This document shows positions 9,444 through 19,505 of a DNA stretch of 64,000 nucleotides, piece after piece (positions within the stretch are counted from its first letter, which is position 1; the number at the start of each line of letters is the position of its first letter). The position numbers and the translations under genes were made by a program. Source of the stretch: Candidatus Methylomirabilales bacterium (GTDB lineage: Bacteria; Methylomirabilota; Methylomirabilia; Methylomirabilales; CSP1-5). The DNA lies in contig JBHIAH010000004.1 of the NCBI GenBank assembly GCA_046758505.1, positions 32,001 to 96,000 on the forward strand. Direction: 5' to 3'. A model generated the notes under the pieces. That model was given only the letters and a program-made list of their open reading frames with translations, ran no database searches and had not been told where the DNA came from.

Positions 9444-9833
9444 GTGTCATTGGAATTGCCAGGGGTAAAGGGGGATCGCTGGCGCTATCCCCGCTGGCGA
9501 GTATGCGAGGAGATGACGGGGCGAATGGCTTCAAGAAACCAGGTCTCCGTCCTCGACATTAGCCTGGGCGGGGCGCTGATCGAACATTTCAACCTTGTTC
9601 GACCCGGCAGCCCGTCCTTCCTCTCTCTCGTGGTCCAGGGGGCGGAAATCAGTCTGAGGTGTAGGGTCGTCCGAACGAGGCTCCACCGACATGAGCTCTG
9701 GCCCACCGGGGAGCACGGTTACGTCTATCGGACTGGCCTGGAGTTTCTCGCACTCTCGGAAGAGTCCCGACGACTCCTCACCCAATACATCGACTTCCTG
9801 GGGGAACAGGCTCGCGCACCGCTGAGTGCTTGA
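9444..9833 (+). CDS. PilZ-domain protein
   Basis: AAGGAGG SD before GTG; DRWRYPR, DISLGG (D/NxSxxG), CRVVR, GLEF. Confidence 0.75.
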   Translation: MSLELPGVKGDRWRYPRWRVCEEMTGRMASRNQVSVLDISLGGALIEHFNLVRPGSPSFLSLVVQGAEISLRCRVVRTRLHRHELWPTGEHGYVYRTGLEFLALSEESRRLLTQYIDFLGEQARAPLSA

Positions 9834-10072
9834 ATCGGGGCGGCGTTCGGTCCCCTTTCCCGACGCCAGGACTGGAGTCAACGACAGCTTTTTCAACAGG
9901 ACGGAGACGCCGCCCAAGGGGAGGCGATCGGGCGCCTTCCGGCCCTTCGCCGATACCGCCGGGTACCCCCGCCCGAAGGGATCTGAGGAGACTGACATAC
10001 ACAGGCGCGACGCGGATGGGCCTCACGGACCCGCGCAGATCGGGGAAAGGCAACAGGGGAGGATGACCGAAT

Positions 10073-10312
10073 ATGATTTGGCGTGCACTCGCGTTTCTCG
10101 CTTTCCTCCTGAGCATCGCGGCACTGGTGATTGCGGTAATGGCATATCAACGGGCCGGGGGCGACCTCAAGATTTGGGGCCAAATCGACAATCCCCACCA
10201 GGCCATTGAGGGTATACGGCAGGGGGCAGCGAATACCCTGGGCCGGCTCGAAAATTTCGTCCGCGGGGACCAGCAACACCAGGCCGGCGTCGAGGGCTTG
10301 CGGGAAAAGTAG
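10073..10312 (+). CDS. Small hypothetical membrane-anchored protein
   Basis: GGAGG SD; N-terminal hydrophobic helix followed by an amphipathic segment. Confidence 0.55.
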   Translation: MIWRALAFLAFLLSIAALVIAVMAYQRAGGDLKIWGQIDNPHQAIEGIRQGAANTLGRLENFVRGDQQHQAGVEGLREK

Positions 10313-10683
10313 GGGAAGATCAGGCGAACAGTCAGGTCCGCCGTTGTGGCTATCATGTACACTTTTACTTGAACAATGTGTGTGTATGTGATTAGAATAT
10401 AAGCCTTTCAATACGAACAAGACGGTGGCAGTTGCGAAGGAACGCTTTCTCGGAGTCTCTCACCGTCCACGCTCGCTTCCCCCCAAGATCTCCCGACGAC
10501 CCCCGTCCCCCATCCGGAGCGAGGTTCTCTTGGTGGCTGGCCCCGGGGCGGTCCTCTCGAACTGTCAGTTGCAGGAGACGGCTTAATTGCATAGAATGGG
10601 GCAGTCCGTAACGGCTCCTCTTCGCGCATGCAGGCCCGGTTAGTAGGGGGGCATCCCGCTTATGCGGGCCACGCGATGTTTAT

Positions 10684-11217
10684 GTGCCTCCGGGCGGGCT
10701 ACGGCGACAGGGGTCGATCTCTGGACCAATCGGGAGTCCTGGGAACAGAGTGCCCGGATATGCCGTCAAAGTTTCGACGGGGACCGTGCCCATGCCTCTC
10801 CACGGGAAGACTGGTGTTGCTTGGGGGTGCGCTGCTCTATCGCCCGAAGGAGTGAGGGATGAGGTCCCCGAAACGTACGCCTTCCATCGCTTGGAACAAG
10901 ATCACCTCGCCATCCACTGGAACATCCTTCAGGGAGATGGTGGGGTAGTGGGAGAAGGCTATGTAGAGCACGTGGGTGGCCCTGGGATTCTCATCCGGTT
11001 TGTCAATTTGACCGTGCGGGGCATCGATGCTGCGGGAGCCGTGGTCAGCACGGTGACCGGTGTCCCCCACCGAGACACGTTCCAGGTCGGGGATCAGGGG
11101 CTTTTTCGCATTGCGATGCTCGTGACCGGACGCGAGCGCAGCTTCCGCATCCGGGCCGAGTACTGGTGGGAGCCCTTCGATGAGGAAGAGGGAAGCAGGT
11201 CGATATTCGGCAGGTAA
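10684..11217 (+). CDS. Hypothetical protein (possible exported/lipoprotein; start uncertain)
   Basis: C-terminal ~120 aa read like a beta-rich globular domain; N-terminal part looks non-coding or frameshifted. Confidence 0.45.
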   Translation: MPPGGLRRQGSISGPIGSPGNRVPGYAVKVSTGTVPMPLHGKTGVAWGCAALSPEGVRDEVPETYAFHRLEQDHLAIHWNILQGDGGVVGEGYVEHVGGPGILIRFVNLTVRGIDAAGAVVSTVTGVPHRDTFQVGDQGLFRIAMLVTGRERSFRIRAEYWWEPFDEEEGSRSIFGR

Positions 11218-11300
11218 CGCCCCTCTGGCCCAGGACGCCGTTACTCGACCGAAAGGCTATTCACGGAACACGAGGCGGTGTCGTATTGTCAAACCCTGAT

Positions 11301-11377
11301 GGGCCTGTAGCTCAGGCGGACAGAGCAGAGGTTTCCTAAACCTCGTGCCGCAGGTTCGAGTCCTGCCAGGCCCACCA
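11301..11377 (+). tRNA. tRNA-Arg (anticodon CCT)
   Basis: 77-nt cloverleaf; GAGGT-TTCCTAA-ACCTC; GGTTCGAGTCC; CCA end. Confidence 0.95.
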
Positions 11378-11393
11378 TCAATTCGAGATTCGC

Positions 11394-12107
11394 ATGGCAA
11401 AAAAGAGGCGCGCTTCTCATGTGGTGTATCCCTTAACACCCCCGCGGGACTTCACTACTCGGCTATCCGAACTGCGCCTCCCGGTGGGCATTGCCGTCCT
11501 CACGGCGCTTCTCGCCGTTTCGGGATGGTGGGGGTATCGGACCTGGCAGGTGAAACGAGAAACCGCGGCCCAGGCGCTTCTCGCCCGGGCACTGCTGGGT
11601 GTGGGCGACCTGGCGCAGCCCCCGGGCACCGAGGAGAAACGGGGGGCACAACAGCCCAGCATCGATGCGAAAACGCGGATGGCACTTCTTCTGCGGATCC
11701 GGAACGAGTATCCATCTTCCGACGCGGCAGAGGAGGCCCTTCTGGCGATCGGAAACGTCTCGTACGACGGCGGCGACTACCAGCAAGCCCTCCAGGCCTA
11801 CCAGGACTACCTTCGAGATTATCCGACCGGGTGGGGGGTATTTCTCGCCGGATTGGGCAAGGCATATGCCCTGGAATCGCAGCAACGCTACGAGCAGGCC
11901 GCCGCCACGTTTCGCACGCTGGCCGATCGCTACAAGACAGAGGCGCTCCGCGTTGAGGCCCTTGTAGGCCTCGCACGCTCCCTCAAGGCGGTTGATCGCG
12001 GCATGGAGGCGATCGAGGTGTACCAACGGATTATGCAAGCCTATCCGGGGACCAACTGGGCACGGGCGGCACAGGAGCAGTTGGCGTCGCTCGAGCGGGG
12101 AGGTTGA
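11394..12107 (+). CDS. Membrane-anchored tetratricopeptide-repeat protein (YfgM-like)
   Basis: N-terminal TM helix then TPR-like repeats ending in YP motifs. Confidence 0.8.
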   Translation: MAKKRRASHVVYPLTPPRDFTTRLSELRLPVGIAVLTALLAVSGWWGYRTWQVKRETAAQALLARALLGVGDLAQPPGTEEKRGAQQPSIDAKTRMALLLRIRNEYPSSDAAEEALLAIGNVSYDGGDYQQALQAYQDYLRDYPTGWGVFLAGLGKAYALESQQRYEQAAATFRTLADRYKTEALRVEALVGLARSLKAVDRGMEAIEVYQRIMQAYPGTNWARAAQEQLASLERGG

Positions 12108-12132
12108 GCCGGGACGGTCGGGTGTGGCTCGT

Positions 12133-12160
12133 ATGTCGGATAAGAAGTCTTATGTAAACT
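12133..12160 (+). other. dif-like XerCD recombination site
   Basis: 11-6-11 layout ATGTCGGATAA-GAAGTC-TTATGTAAACT; right arm matches E. coli XerD arm TTATGTTAAAT at 9/11; lies where gene orientation converges. Confidence 0.75.
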
Positions 12161-12254
12161 TACGCATCACCTTACATAAAACGTGCGACCTTCCCTGGAT
12201 CAGCTTACATAAGACAAAACCCCTGTATCCCCTGCTATCCGCCCTCCCCCTCTC

Positions 12255-12282
12255 AAAGAAAATGGCCGCGATCTCCGCGGCC
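12255..12282 (-). terminator. Intrinsic terminator of the minus-strand operon
   Basis: GGCCGCG-N5-CGCGGCC stem followed on minus by ATTTTCTTT. Confidence 0.55.
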
Positions 12283-12311
12283 CCCCTCGTCGGTCATCCG
12301 TCAGGAACCGG

Positions 12312-12803
12312 TTACATCTTGTACTTGCCGAAGTCCTCCGGCTTCAGGTTTTCAAGCCACTCCCGCCACCGATCGCTCTCCTCCTTCTCTTCCGCAATAT
12401 CCATGCTCTTGGCTTTGCTGACCACTTTTTCTGTGACGAAAATCGGCGCATTCACTCTCAGCGCTAGAGCAATCGCATCGGAAGGCCGCGCATCGACGTT
12501 CACGACATTCCCGTTGTAACTGACCTCGATCACCGCGAAGAACGTGTTCTCCTTCAGGTCATTGACCACGATTTGTTGGACCGCGGCGCCGAGCCCGTCG
12601 AGGATGTTCTTGATCAGGTCATGCGTCATGGGGCGCGGCGTGGAAATCTTCTCCAATTCCAGGGCGATGGCATTCGCCTCAAAGATGCCAACCCAGATGG
12701 GAAGAGCCCGTTTCTCCTCTACGTCCTTGAGAATAATGATCGGCATGTTGGTGATCGGGTCGAGGGCGATCCCCCGCACTGTCATCCGGATCAGCATTGC
12801 CAT
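12312..12803 (-). CDS. Bifunctional nuclease family protein (DUF151)
   Basis: [31 protein letters not shown]. Confidence 0.9.
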   Translation of the reverse strand: MAMLIRMTVRGIALDPITNMPIIILKDVEEKRALPIWVGIFEANAIALELEKISTPRPMTHDLIKNILDGLGAAVQQIVVNDLKENTFFAVIEVSYNGNVVNVDARPSDAIALALRVNAPIFVTEKVVSKAKSMDIAEEKEESDRWREWLENLKPEDFGKYKM

Positions 12804-12815
12804 TCTCCCGTTCCC

Positions 12816-13301
12816 TCAGGCAGCCTCAAAGTAGGGCAACAGCTTCGCGTAGGTTTCCTGGAGGTGCTCCGGAATCACCTTGGTCTCGCCCAGGACCGGC
12901 ATGAAATTTGTATCCGCATTCCAGCGCGGAACGACGTGCATGTGCAGGTGGTCATCAATACCGGCCCCCGCCCCCTTGCCGATGTTCACCCCCATGTTGA
13001 ATCCCTCCGCACGGAGGGCCTCGCCGAGGATTCGCTCGCTCCTACACGCCCAGGTCATCATCTCGGCCCTTTCCTCGGCGGAGAGCTTCTCCAGACGCTC
13101 CAGATGGCGGTACGGAGCGATCATCAGGTGGCCGGAATTATAGGGGTAAATGTTCATCAGGACATACGTAAAGGGCCCTCTGGCGAGAATCAGGTTCTTC
13201 GTGTCATCCTCTTCTTTCGGCTTCTCGCACAGGATGCATCCGTTAGATCTCGGTCCCACGATGTACTGCATCCTCCACGGCGCCCACAGCGTCAGTCTCA
13301 T
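12816..13301 (-). CDS. HIT-family hydrolase (Ap4A phosphorylase-like)
   Basis: LWAPWR, NIYPYNSGH, HLHMHVVPRW histidine triad. Confidence 0.92.
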   Translation of the reverse strand: MRLTLWAPWRMQYIVGPRSNGCILCEKPKEEDDTKNLILARGPFTYVLMNIYPYNSGHLMIAPYRHLERLEKLSAEERAEMMTWACRSERILGEALRAEGFNMGVNIGKGAGAGIDDHLHMHVVPRWNADTNFMPVLGETKVIPEHLQETYAKLLPYFEAA

Positions 13302-13325
13302 CGTATCATCGGCTTTCCTGGACCG

Positions 13326-15116
13326 TCAAGAGGCGACCACCCGATAAACGGGCTGAGCCCGCCCCACGCCTTTGAACTTAGCATCCCCCACATACGCAAT
13401 CAAGATCTTTTTTTGAATTTCGGGATCGAAACAGGTATACCGAGTGCCGCCTTTTCCCTCCTCAACCTCCCAGGAGATGCTGCCCCGGAGCGCCTCCACA
13501 TACTCGCCGGTCGCCGCGATTCCCGAATTGTAGAGAACGCCACGCGGGTCAATCCAGACATCCTGATCGGCGTCCGCAGGCTGGGTTGGAGTTTCGGCCT
13601 CGACTTCCCAGGGACGGCTTCCCGAGCCTGTTACACGGCTGGCAATATTGACATGCCGGCCGATCACCGTCACATCCACCGATTTTTCATCCGTGAGAAA
13701 GCGGCTGATTTGCGCGCGACCGGTATGAAGGCTGATCCCCAATCGATAAGACACCTTCCCCTGCTTTTGCAGGTCCTTGACCACTACCTGAATAGCGATC
13801 GCAGTTCGAAGCGCGTTTAACTCGTCCTCAGGGCTGACCCGGGTGGTCCCGAAGGTGATCATCACCCCATCGCCCGTGAATTTGTCGATCTGCCCCTTGA
13901 ACCGTTTGACAATACCAGCCACGGGATCGAAGACTGTGTAGAGGGATCGCGTCAGTTCTACCTCCGAAATCCCCCCTTCCGAAACGGCCGTAAAACCCCG
14001 AAGGTCTGCGAAGACGATCGTCACCTTTCGCGCACTCCTGAGGACCTCGCCTGACTCAGAAAACCGAAAGAGCCGCCCCTCGGCAACATACTCCTTGAGC
14101 TGCATTTCAACCAGTCCCGGAGGGATCAGCGCAATGTCGCTGCGAAGCCGATGGATGACTTCAGAACGACGGACCGCCTGGATAAGGTCTACGTAGTCAC
14201 GGAAAAGATAATGCCATCCGCCCCGGCGTTCCCGCCCCGCCTTCAGCGCGGGGGAAGCCGTGACGCGTTCCATGGTCTCGTCGTAGTCCGTAAAGAGATA
14301 GGTCACAATGGTCGGGTGAAACATCATCTTCACGTGCGCGCCCTCCTGATCATATGTGCCGCGATCCACGCTCGGAAGATGGGTTTTCACCACATCGAGT
14401 AGGGAGTGTTCCTGCTTCGTTAAACCATGGCGAATCCGGTCACGCAGAATAGTCCGCAGTTCCCTGTATTCTTCGCCGGTGAGACGGAACCGCCGGTTTT
14501 GCGGGACGAGGACGCTCTCGAAGCGGATACGGGGCACGTCCACCTCCGTAAGCGGCAATTGATCCTCAACGAGACTCTCGATCAGGCGGTGGTTGAAAGG
14601 AATGCCGAGGTTGTATTCCAGTGTCTCGGGGGCCGTACTGGCAAAATGATGCCAGGTCGATCGATGAAGGAGCCGGTAGAACCCGCGGATCAGGGGGTGC
14701 ATCTGGTATTTCAAATGGCTCCGGATCCCCTCCCGATTGAAATACTCTTCTACGGTGGCGGCCACCTCTTTGGAATGGGCCAGCCAGAAAAGATTCAACA
14801 ACCCCGATCGGCGCTCGTTCTCGATAATATTTGTGGTGATCCGCAGCAGCAGCTGGAAATAGGCCCACTCCGCCTGCTGTGACTCCCGTGGTTCCCCCGC
14901 ATTTTCCATGAGGGAGCGGGACGTCGCTTCCAGAAAACTCAGAAACGCGGACTGCAGGCCGGGGTGAAGTTGGACGAGAAAGACCGGCTGGTCCCCTGCA
15001 GGCTCGGGACCCGCCGGAAAAGTGGGGGGAGGAACCCCAAAGAGTTCCTGAATTTCTTCGCTTCTACCTTCGATGAAGCGAGACAAGGGAGCATTCCTGT
15101 TCCCGGAACGGGTCAC
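13326..15116 (-). CDS. Class III adenylate/guanylate cyclase with uncharacterised N-terminal domain
   Basis: IVFADLRGFT, DKFTGDGVM, GISLHTG, VIGRHVNIASR catalytic motifs. Confidence 0.85.
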   Translation of the reverse strand: MTRSGNRNAPLSRFIEGRSEEIQELFGVPPPTFPAGPEPAGDQPVFLVQLHPGLQSAFLSFLEATSRSLMENAGEPRESQQAEWAYFQLLLRITTNIIENERRSGLLNLFWLAHSKEVAATVEEYFNREGIRSHLKYQMHPLIRGFYRLLHRSTWHHFASTAPETLEYNLGIPFNHRLIESLVEDQLPLTEVDVPRIRFESVLVPQNRRFRLTGEEYRELRTILRDRIRHGLTKQEHSLLDVVKTHLPSVDRGTYDQEGAHVKMMFHPTIVTYLFTDYDETMERVTASPALKAGRERRGGWHYLFRDYVDLIQAVRRSEVIHRLRSDIALIPPGLVEMQLKEYVAEGRLFRFSESGEVLRSARKVTIVFADLRGFTAVSEGGISEVELTRSLYTVFDPVAGIVKRFKGQIDKFTGDGVMITFGTTRVSPEDELNALRTAIAIQVVVKDLQKQGKVSYRLGISLHTGRAQISRFLTDEKSVDVTVIGRHVNIASRVTGSGSRPWEVEAETPTQPADADQDVWIDPRGVLYNSGIAATGEYVEALRGSISWEVEEGKGGTRYTCFDPEIQKKILIAYVGDAKFKGVGRAQPVYRVVAS

Positions 15117-15184
15117 GTGTTACATGCACTAATGGCCGACTGACCGCGTAGGGGCCGAGAGGGAAGTCTCGTGAGGAAAAGGGC

Positions 15185-15466
15185 TTACTTGTCGATGAGC
15201 GCCTTTAGCTCCTTTCCCGGCTTAAAGTAGGGAACCCTCTTGGCCGGGACACTCACCGTGGCGCCGCTCTGCGGGTTCCGCCCCTGGCGAGCACCGCGAC
15301 GGCGGATGCGGAAACTCCCGAAGCCCCGAAGTTCAACCTTGCCGTCCTGGGTCGATGCGAGTGCCGTGGCGATGCCTTCGAAGATCGTATCAATGACAAC
15401 CTCGGTCTCCTTTTTTGTCAGATTGACCGTCGCAGCGATCTTCTCCACGAGATCTGCCTTGGTCAT
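15185..15466 (-). CDS. ihfB: Integration host factor beta-like subunit
   Basis: VELRGFGSF, GRNPQSG, VPYFKPGKEL; position after rpsA-sppA. Confidence 0.8.
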   Translation of the reverse strand: MTKADLVEKIAATVNLTKKETEVVIDTIFEGIATALASTQDGKVELRGFGSFRIRRRGARQGRNPQSGATVSVPAKRVPYFKPGKELKALIDK

Positions 15467-15492
15467 TGCTTTCCTCCTTCACGCACGGGATT

Positions 15493-16395
15493 TCACCACT
15501 GCCACAGATAATCCACGGACAATTGCCCGGTTCCCCTCCCCAGGATCTTGTGCCGCCATGACGTCGCAGCGCCTCCCAGCAAAAACCGGAGCAGGGAAAA
15601 TTCGCGTTCCTTCACCTGCACGATTTCCGGTTTCCCCTCAATCCCCCCCATTCTTGCTGCCGCCTCGATGGCATCTTGGAGGTTTCCTAGCTGATCCACC
15701 AAACCTACCTTCAGGGCCTGGCGCCCGCTCAAAATTCGACCATCCGCCAGCGTCTCGACCTGTTCGCGGGAAAGACCGCGCCCCTCGACCACGGCTTGGA
15801 TGAACTGGTCGTGGATGTCATCGATCAATCGTTGCAACAACTGTTGCTCCTGGGGCGAGAGATCTCTGGTGGCCGAGGCCATATCCTTGTATGGCCCGCT
15901 TTTGATAACCACCGATCGAATCCCCACCTTTTGCAGCAAATCCGAGACGTTGGGGAACTGCATGATCACCCCTATGCTGCCAGTGATGCTTCCGGGATTG
16001 GCCAGGATCCGGTCGGCAGCCGCAGCGATATAGTAGCCGCCCGACGCTCCCACTGTAGAGAGGGAGGCTACCACCGGCTTGTCGTGAACCCGGCGGATCT
16101 TCTTGATTTCCTCATAGATCTCTTGAGAAGGCGCTACTCCCCCTCCCGGACTGTTGATGCGGATCACGAAAGCCTGGACCGTCCGATTTTCGACGTGATG
16201 CCTGATCTGCTCGATGACCCCTTCGGACTCCGTAATGATCCCGTCCACCTCGAGCAGGGCCACCTTCGGACCCCCGAACTGTTCCCGGTTCCCTAGCAGG
16301 AAGGCCACGCCGAAGATCAAGAGGAAAAAGAACAGTCCGATGGCGCCTATGACAATCACGGCGCGCCAGAAAGAGCGTCTCCGTCCCGCACGCAT
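15493..16395 (-). CDS. sppA: Signal peptide peptidase SppA (S49, short form)
   Basis: INSPGG, GASGGYYIA, TGSIGV, KSGPYKD. Confidence 0.92.
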   Translation of the reverse strand: MRAGRRRSFWRAVIVIGAIGLFFFLLIFGVAFLLGNREQFGGPKVALLEVDGIITESEGVIEQIRHHVENRTVQAFVIRINSPGGGVAPSQEIYEEIKKIRRVHDKPVVASLSTVGASGGYYIAAAADRILANPGSITGSIGVIMQFPNVSDLLQKVGIRSVVIKSGPYKDMASATRDLSPQEQQLLQRLIDDIHDQFIQAVVEGRGLSREQVETLADGRILSGRQALKVGLVDQLGNLQDAIEAAARMGGIEGKPEIVQVKEREFSLLRFLLGGAATSWRHKILGRGTGQLSVDYLWQW

Positions 16396-16398
16396 GGG

Positions 16399-18075
<1,677 letters not shown>

Positions 18076-18105
18076 ACCTGGGTGTACCTCCCGGTAAAGG
18101 ATTCC

Positions 18106-18828
18106 TTACACATCAGCATCGTACGATCCCGGAGAATGAGCCCGGGCCCTCAATTCGGCGATCCCTTTCATGACTCGTTCACTCAGGCACCGGTAGCCCC
18201 ATCGGCTCGCCTCGCGTGTGGTCTCGGGTGCCAATCGCAACGCAGAACCGAAATACACCGCCACGGGACGGACCCGAGGAATTCGCTTTCCTCGGGGCAG
18301 GACATTATCGGTGCCTTGAACGTACACGGGGACCACCGCACAGCCGGACCGGGCTGCCAGAAACCCGATCCCCTCCTCTGCCGCCTGCAGGGCCATTCCG
18401 TCTCCACGGGTCCCTTCCGGAAACATGAGAAGGCTCTCCCCCTCCCCGAGAAGGCGTAGACATTGCCGGATCGCCGCGTGGTCCACCTGACCTCTCCGAA
18501 CAGGAAAGGCATGGAGGTCTCGAATGAGCGCACCAAAGAATGGGGACCGAAAGAGCTCCTCTTTCGCCATAAAGTGAAGCTGCCGTTCCGCGAGGGCCGC
18601 GCCGATAAACAGGGGATCGACGTAACTCACGTGATTGGCGGCCAGGATCACGCCCTCTGAGTTTGGAACCTCCTCTTTCCCCACCACTCGGAAGCGAAAC
18701 ACCGGCATGATAATGGGGAGGAATATTTGGAGGGCCCGATACCACACGTGAAGCAGCCTCCCGCCACCCCTGAAAGTCACGTATTTTACCGCGCTTGCAA
18801 CGCCCATGCAAGGAAAAAATCGTGTCAC
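18106..18828 (-). CDS. plsC: 1-acyl-sn-glycerol-3-phosphate acyltransferase (start uncertain)
   Basis: NHVSYVD (NHxSxxD), FPEGTR. Confidence 0.85.
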   Translation of the reverse strand: MTRFFPCMGVASAVKYVTFRGGGRLLHVWYRALQIFLPIIMPVFRFRVVGKEEVPNSEGVILAANHVSYVDPLFIGAALAERQLHFMAKEELFRSPFFGALIRDLHAFPVRRGQVDHAAIRQCLRLLGEGESLLMFPEGTRGDGMALQAAEEGIGFLAARSGCAVVPVYVQGTDNVLPRGKRIPRVRPVAVYFGSALRLAPETTREASRWGYRCLSERVMKGIAELRARAHSPGSYDADV

Positions 18829-19505
18829 TTCTCGACCGTCCGCCGGATATGCTCCTCCATCGCCCCCACCACCTCTTCCGGGCTCAAAAAGGTCGTGTCG
18901 ATGGGGATGGCGTCGGGGGCCGGCTTCAGTGGTGAGGCCACCCGCTCCATGTCCCGACGATCTCGGCGGGCAACCTCCTCGAGCGTCCCCTCAAGGTTTC
19001 CCTGGGCGTGGGGGGACTCCTGGAAGCGGCGACGTCCCCGCTCATCCAGGGAGGCGGTGAAGTAAAATTTCACCGCCGCGTGCGGAAAGACCACCGTTCC
19101 GATATCGCGGCCATCCATCACCACCCCGCCCTGTGCCCCCAGCGCTCGTTGCCTTTTCACCAGCTCTTCCCGGATGCTCGCATGAACCGAGACGAGTGAG
19201 GCGGCTGCCTGGATGTTCGGGGACTGGAGCGCCTCGGTGATGTCTTCTCCATCGACCACCACCCGAAACCCCTCGGCTGTCGGCCGAAACTCGAGCCTGG
19301 TTTGCGTGAGCAGCCCTTTCAGGCGAAGGGGGTCCGAGAGATCAACCCCCTGCTCGATCGCCTTCCAGGCCAGTGCCCGGTACATGGCCCCACTCTCGAT
19401 GTGACAATACCCGAGCCGCTGGGCCAACAAGCGAGCCGCCGTGGTCTTCCCGGCGCCCACTGGGCCGTCGATGGTAATGATGAGATCCCCCCGGAGACGC
19501 CTCAT
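18825..19505 (-). CDS. cmk: Cytidylate kinase
   Basis: ITIDGPVGAGKTT, SGAMYRA, VMDGRDIGTVVFP; ATG overlaps aroA stop. Confidence 0.95.
   Translation of the reverse strand: MRRLRGDLIITIDGPVGAGKTTAARLLAQRLGYCHIESGAMYRALAWKAIEQGVDLSDPLRLKGLLTQTRLEFRPTAEGFRVVVDGEDITEALQSPNIQAAASLVSVHASIREELVKRQRALGAQGGVVMDGRDIGTVVFPHAAVKFYFTASLDERGRRRFQESPHAQGNLEGTLEEVARRDRRDMERVASPLKPAPDAIPIDTTFLSPEEVVGAMEEHIRRTVEK

Noticed and set aside
8213..11300. Prophage
   Set aside because: No integrase, replication or structural genes and no att repeat found
12312..15116. Pycsar/CBASS anti-phage system
   Set aside because: No cyclic-nucleotide-binding effector, CD-NTase or defence-island context; kept only as a weaker hypothesis
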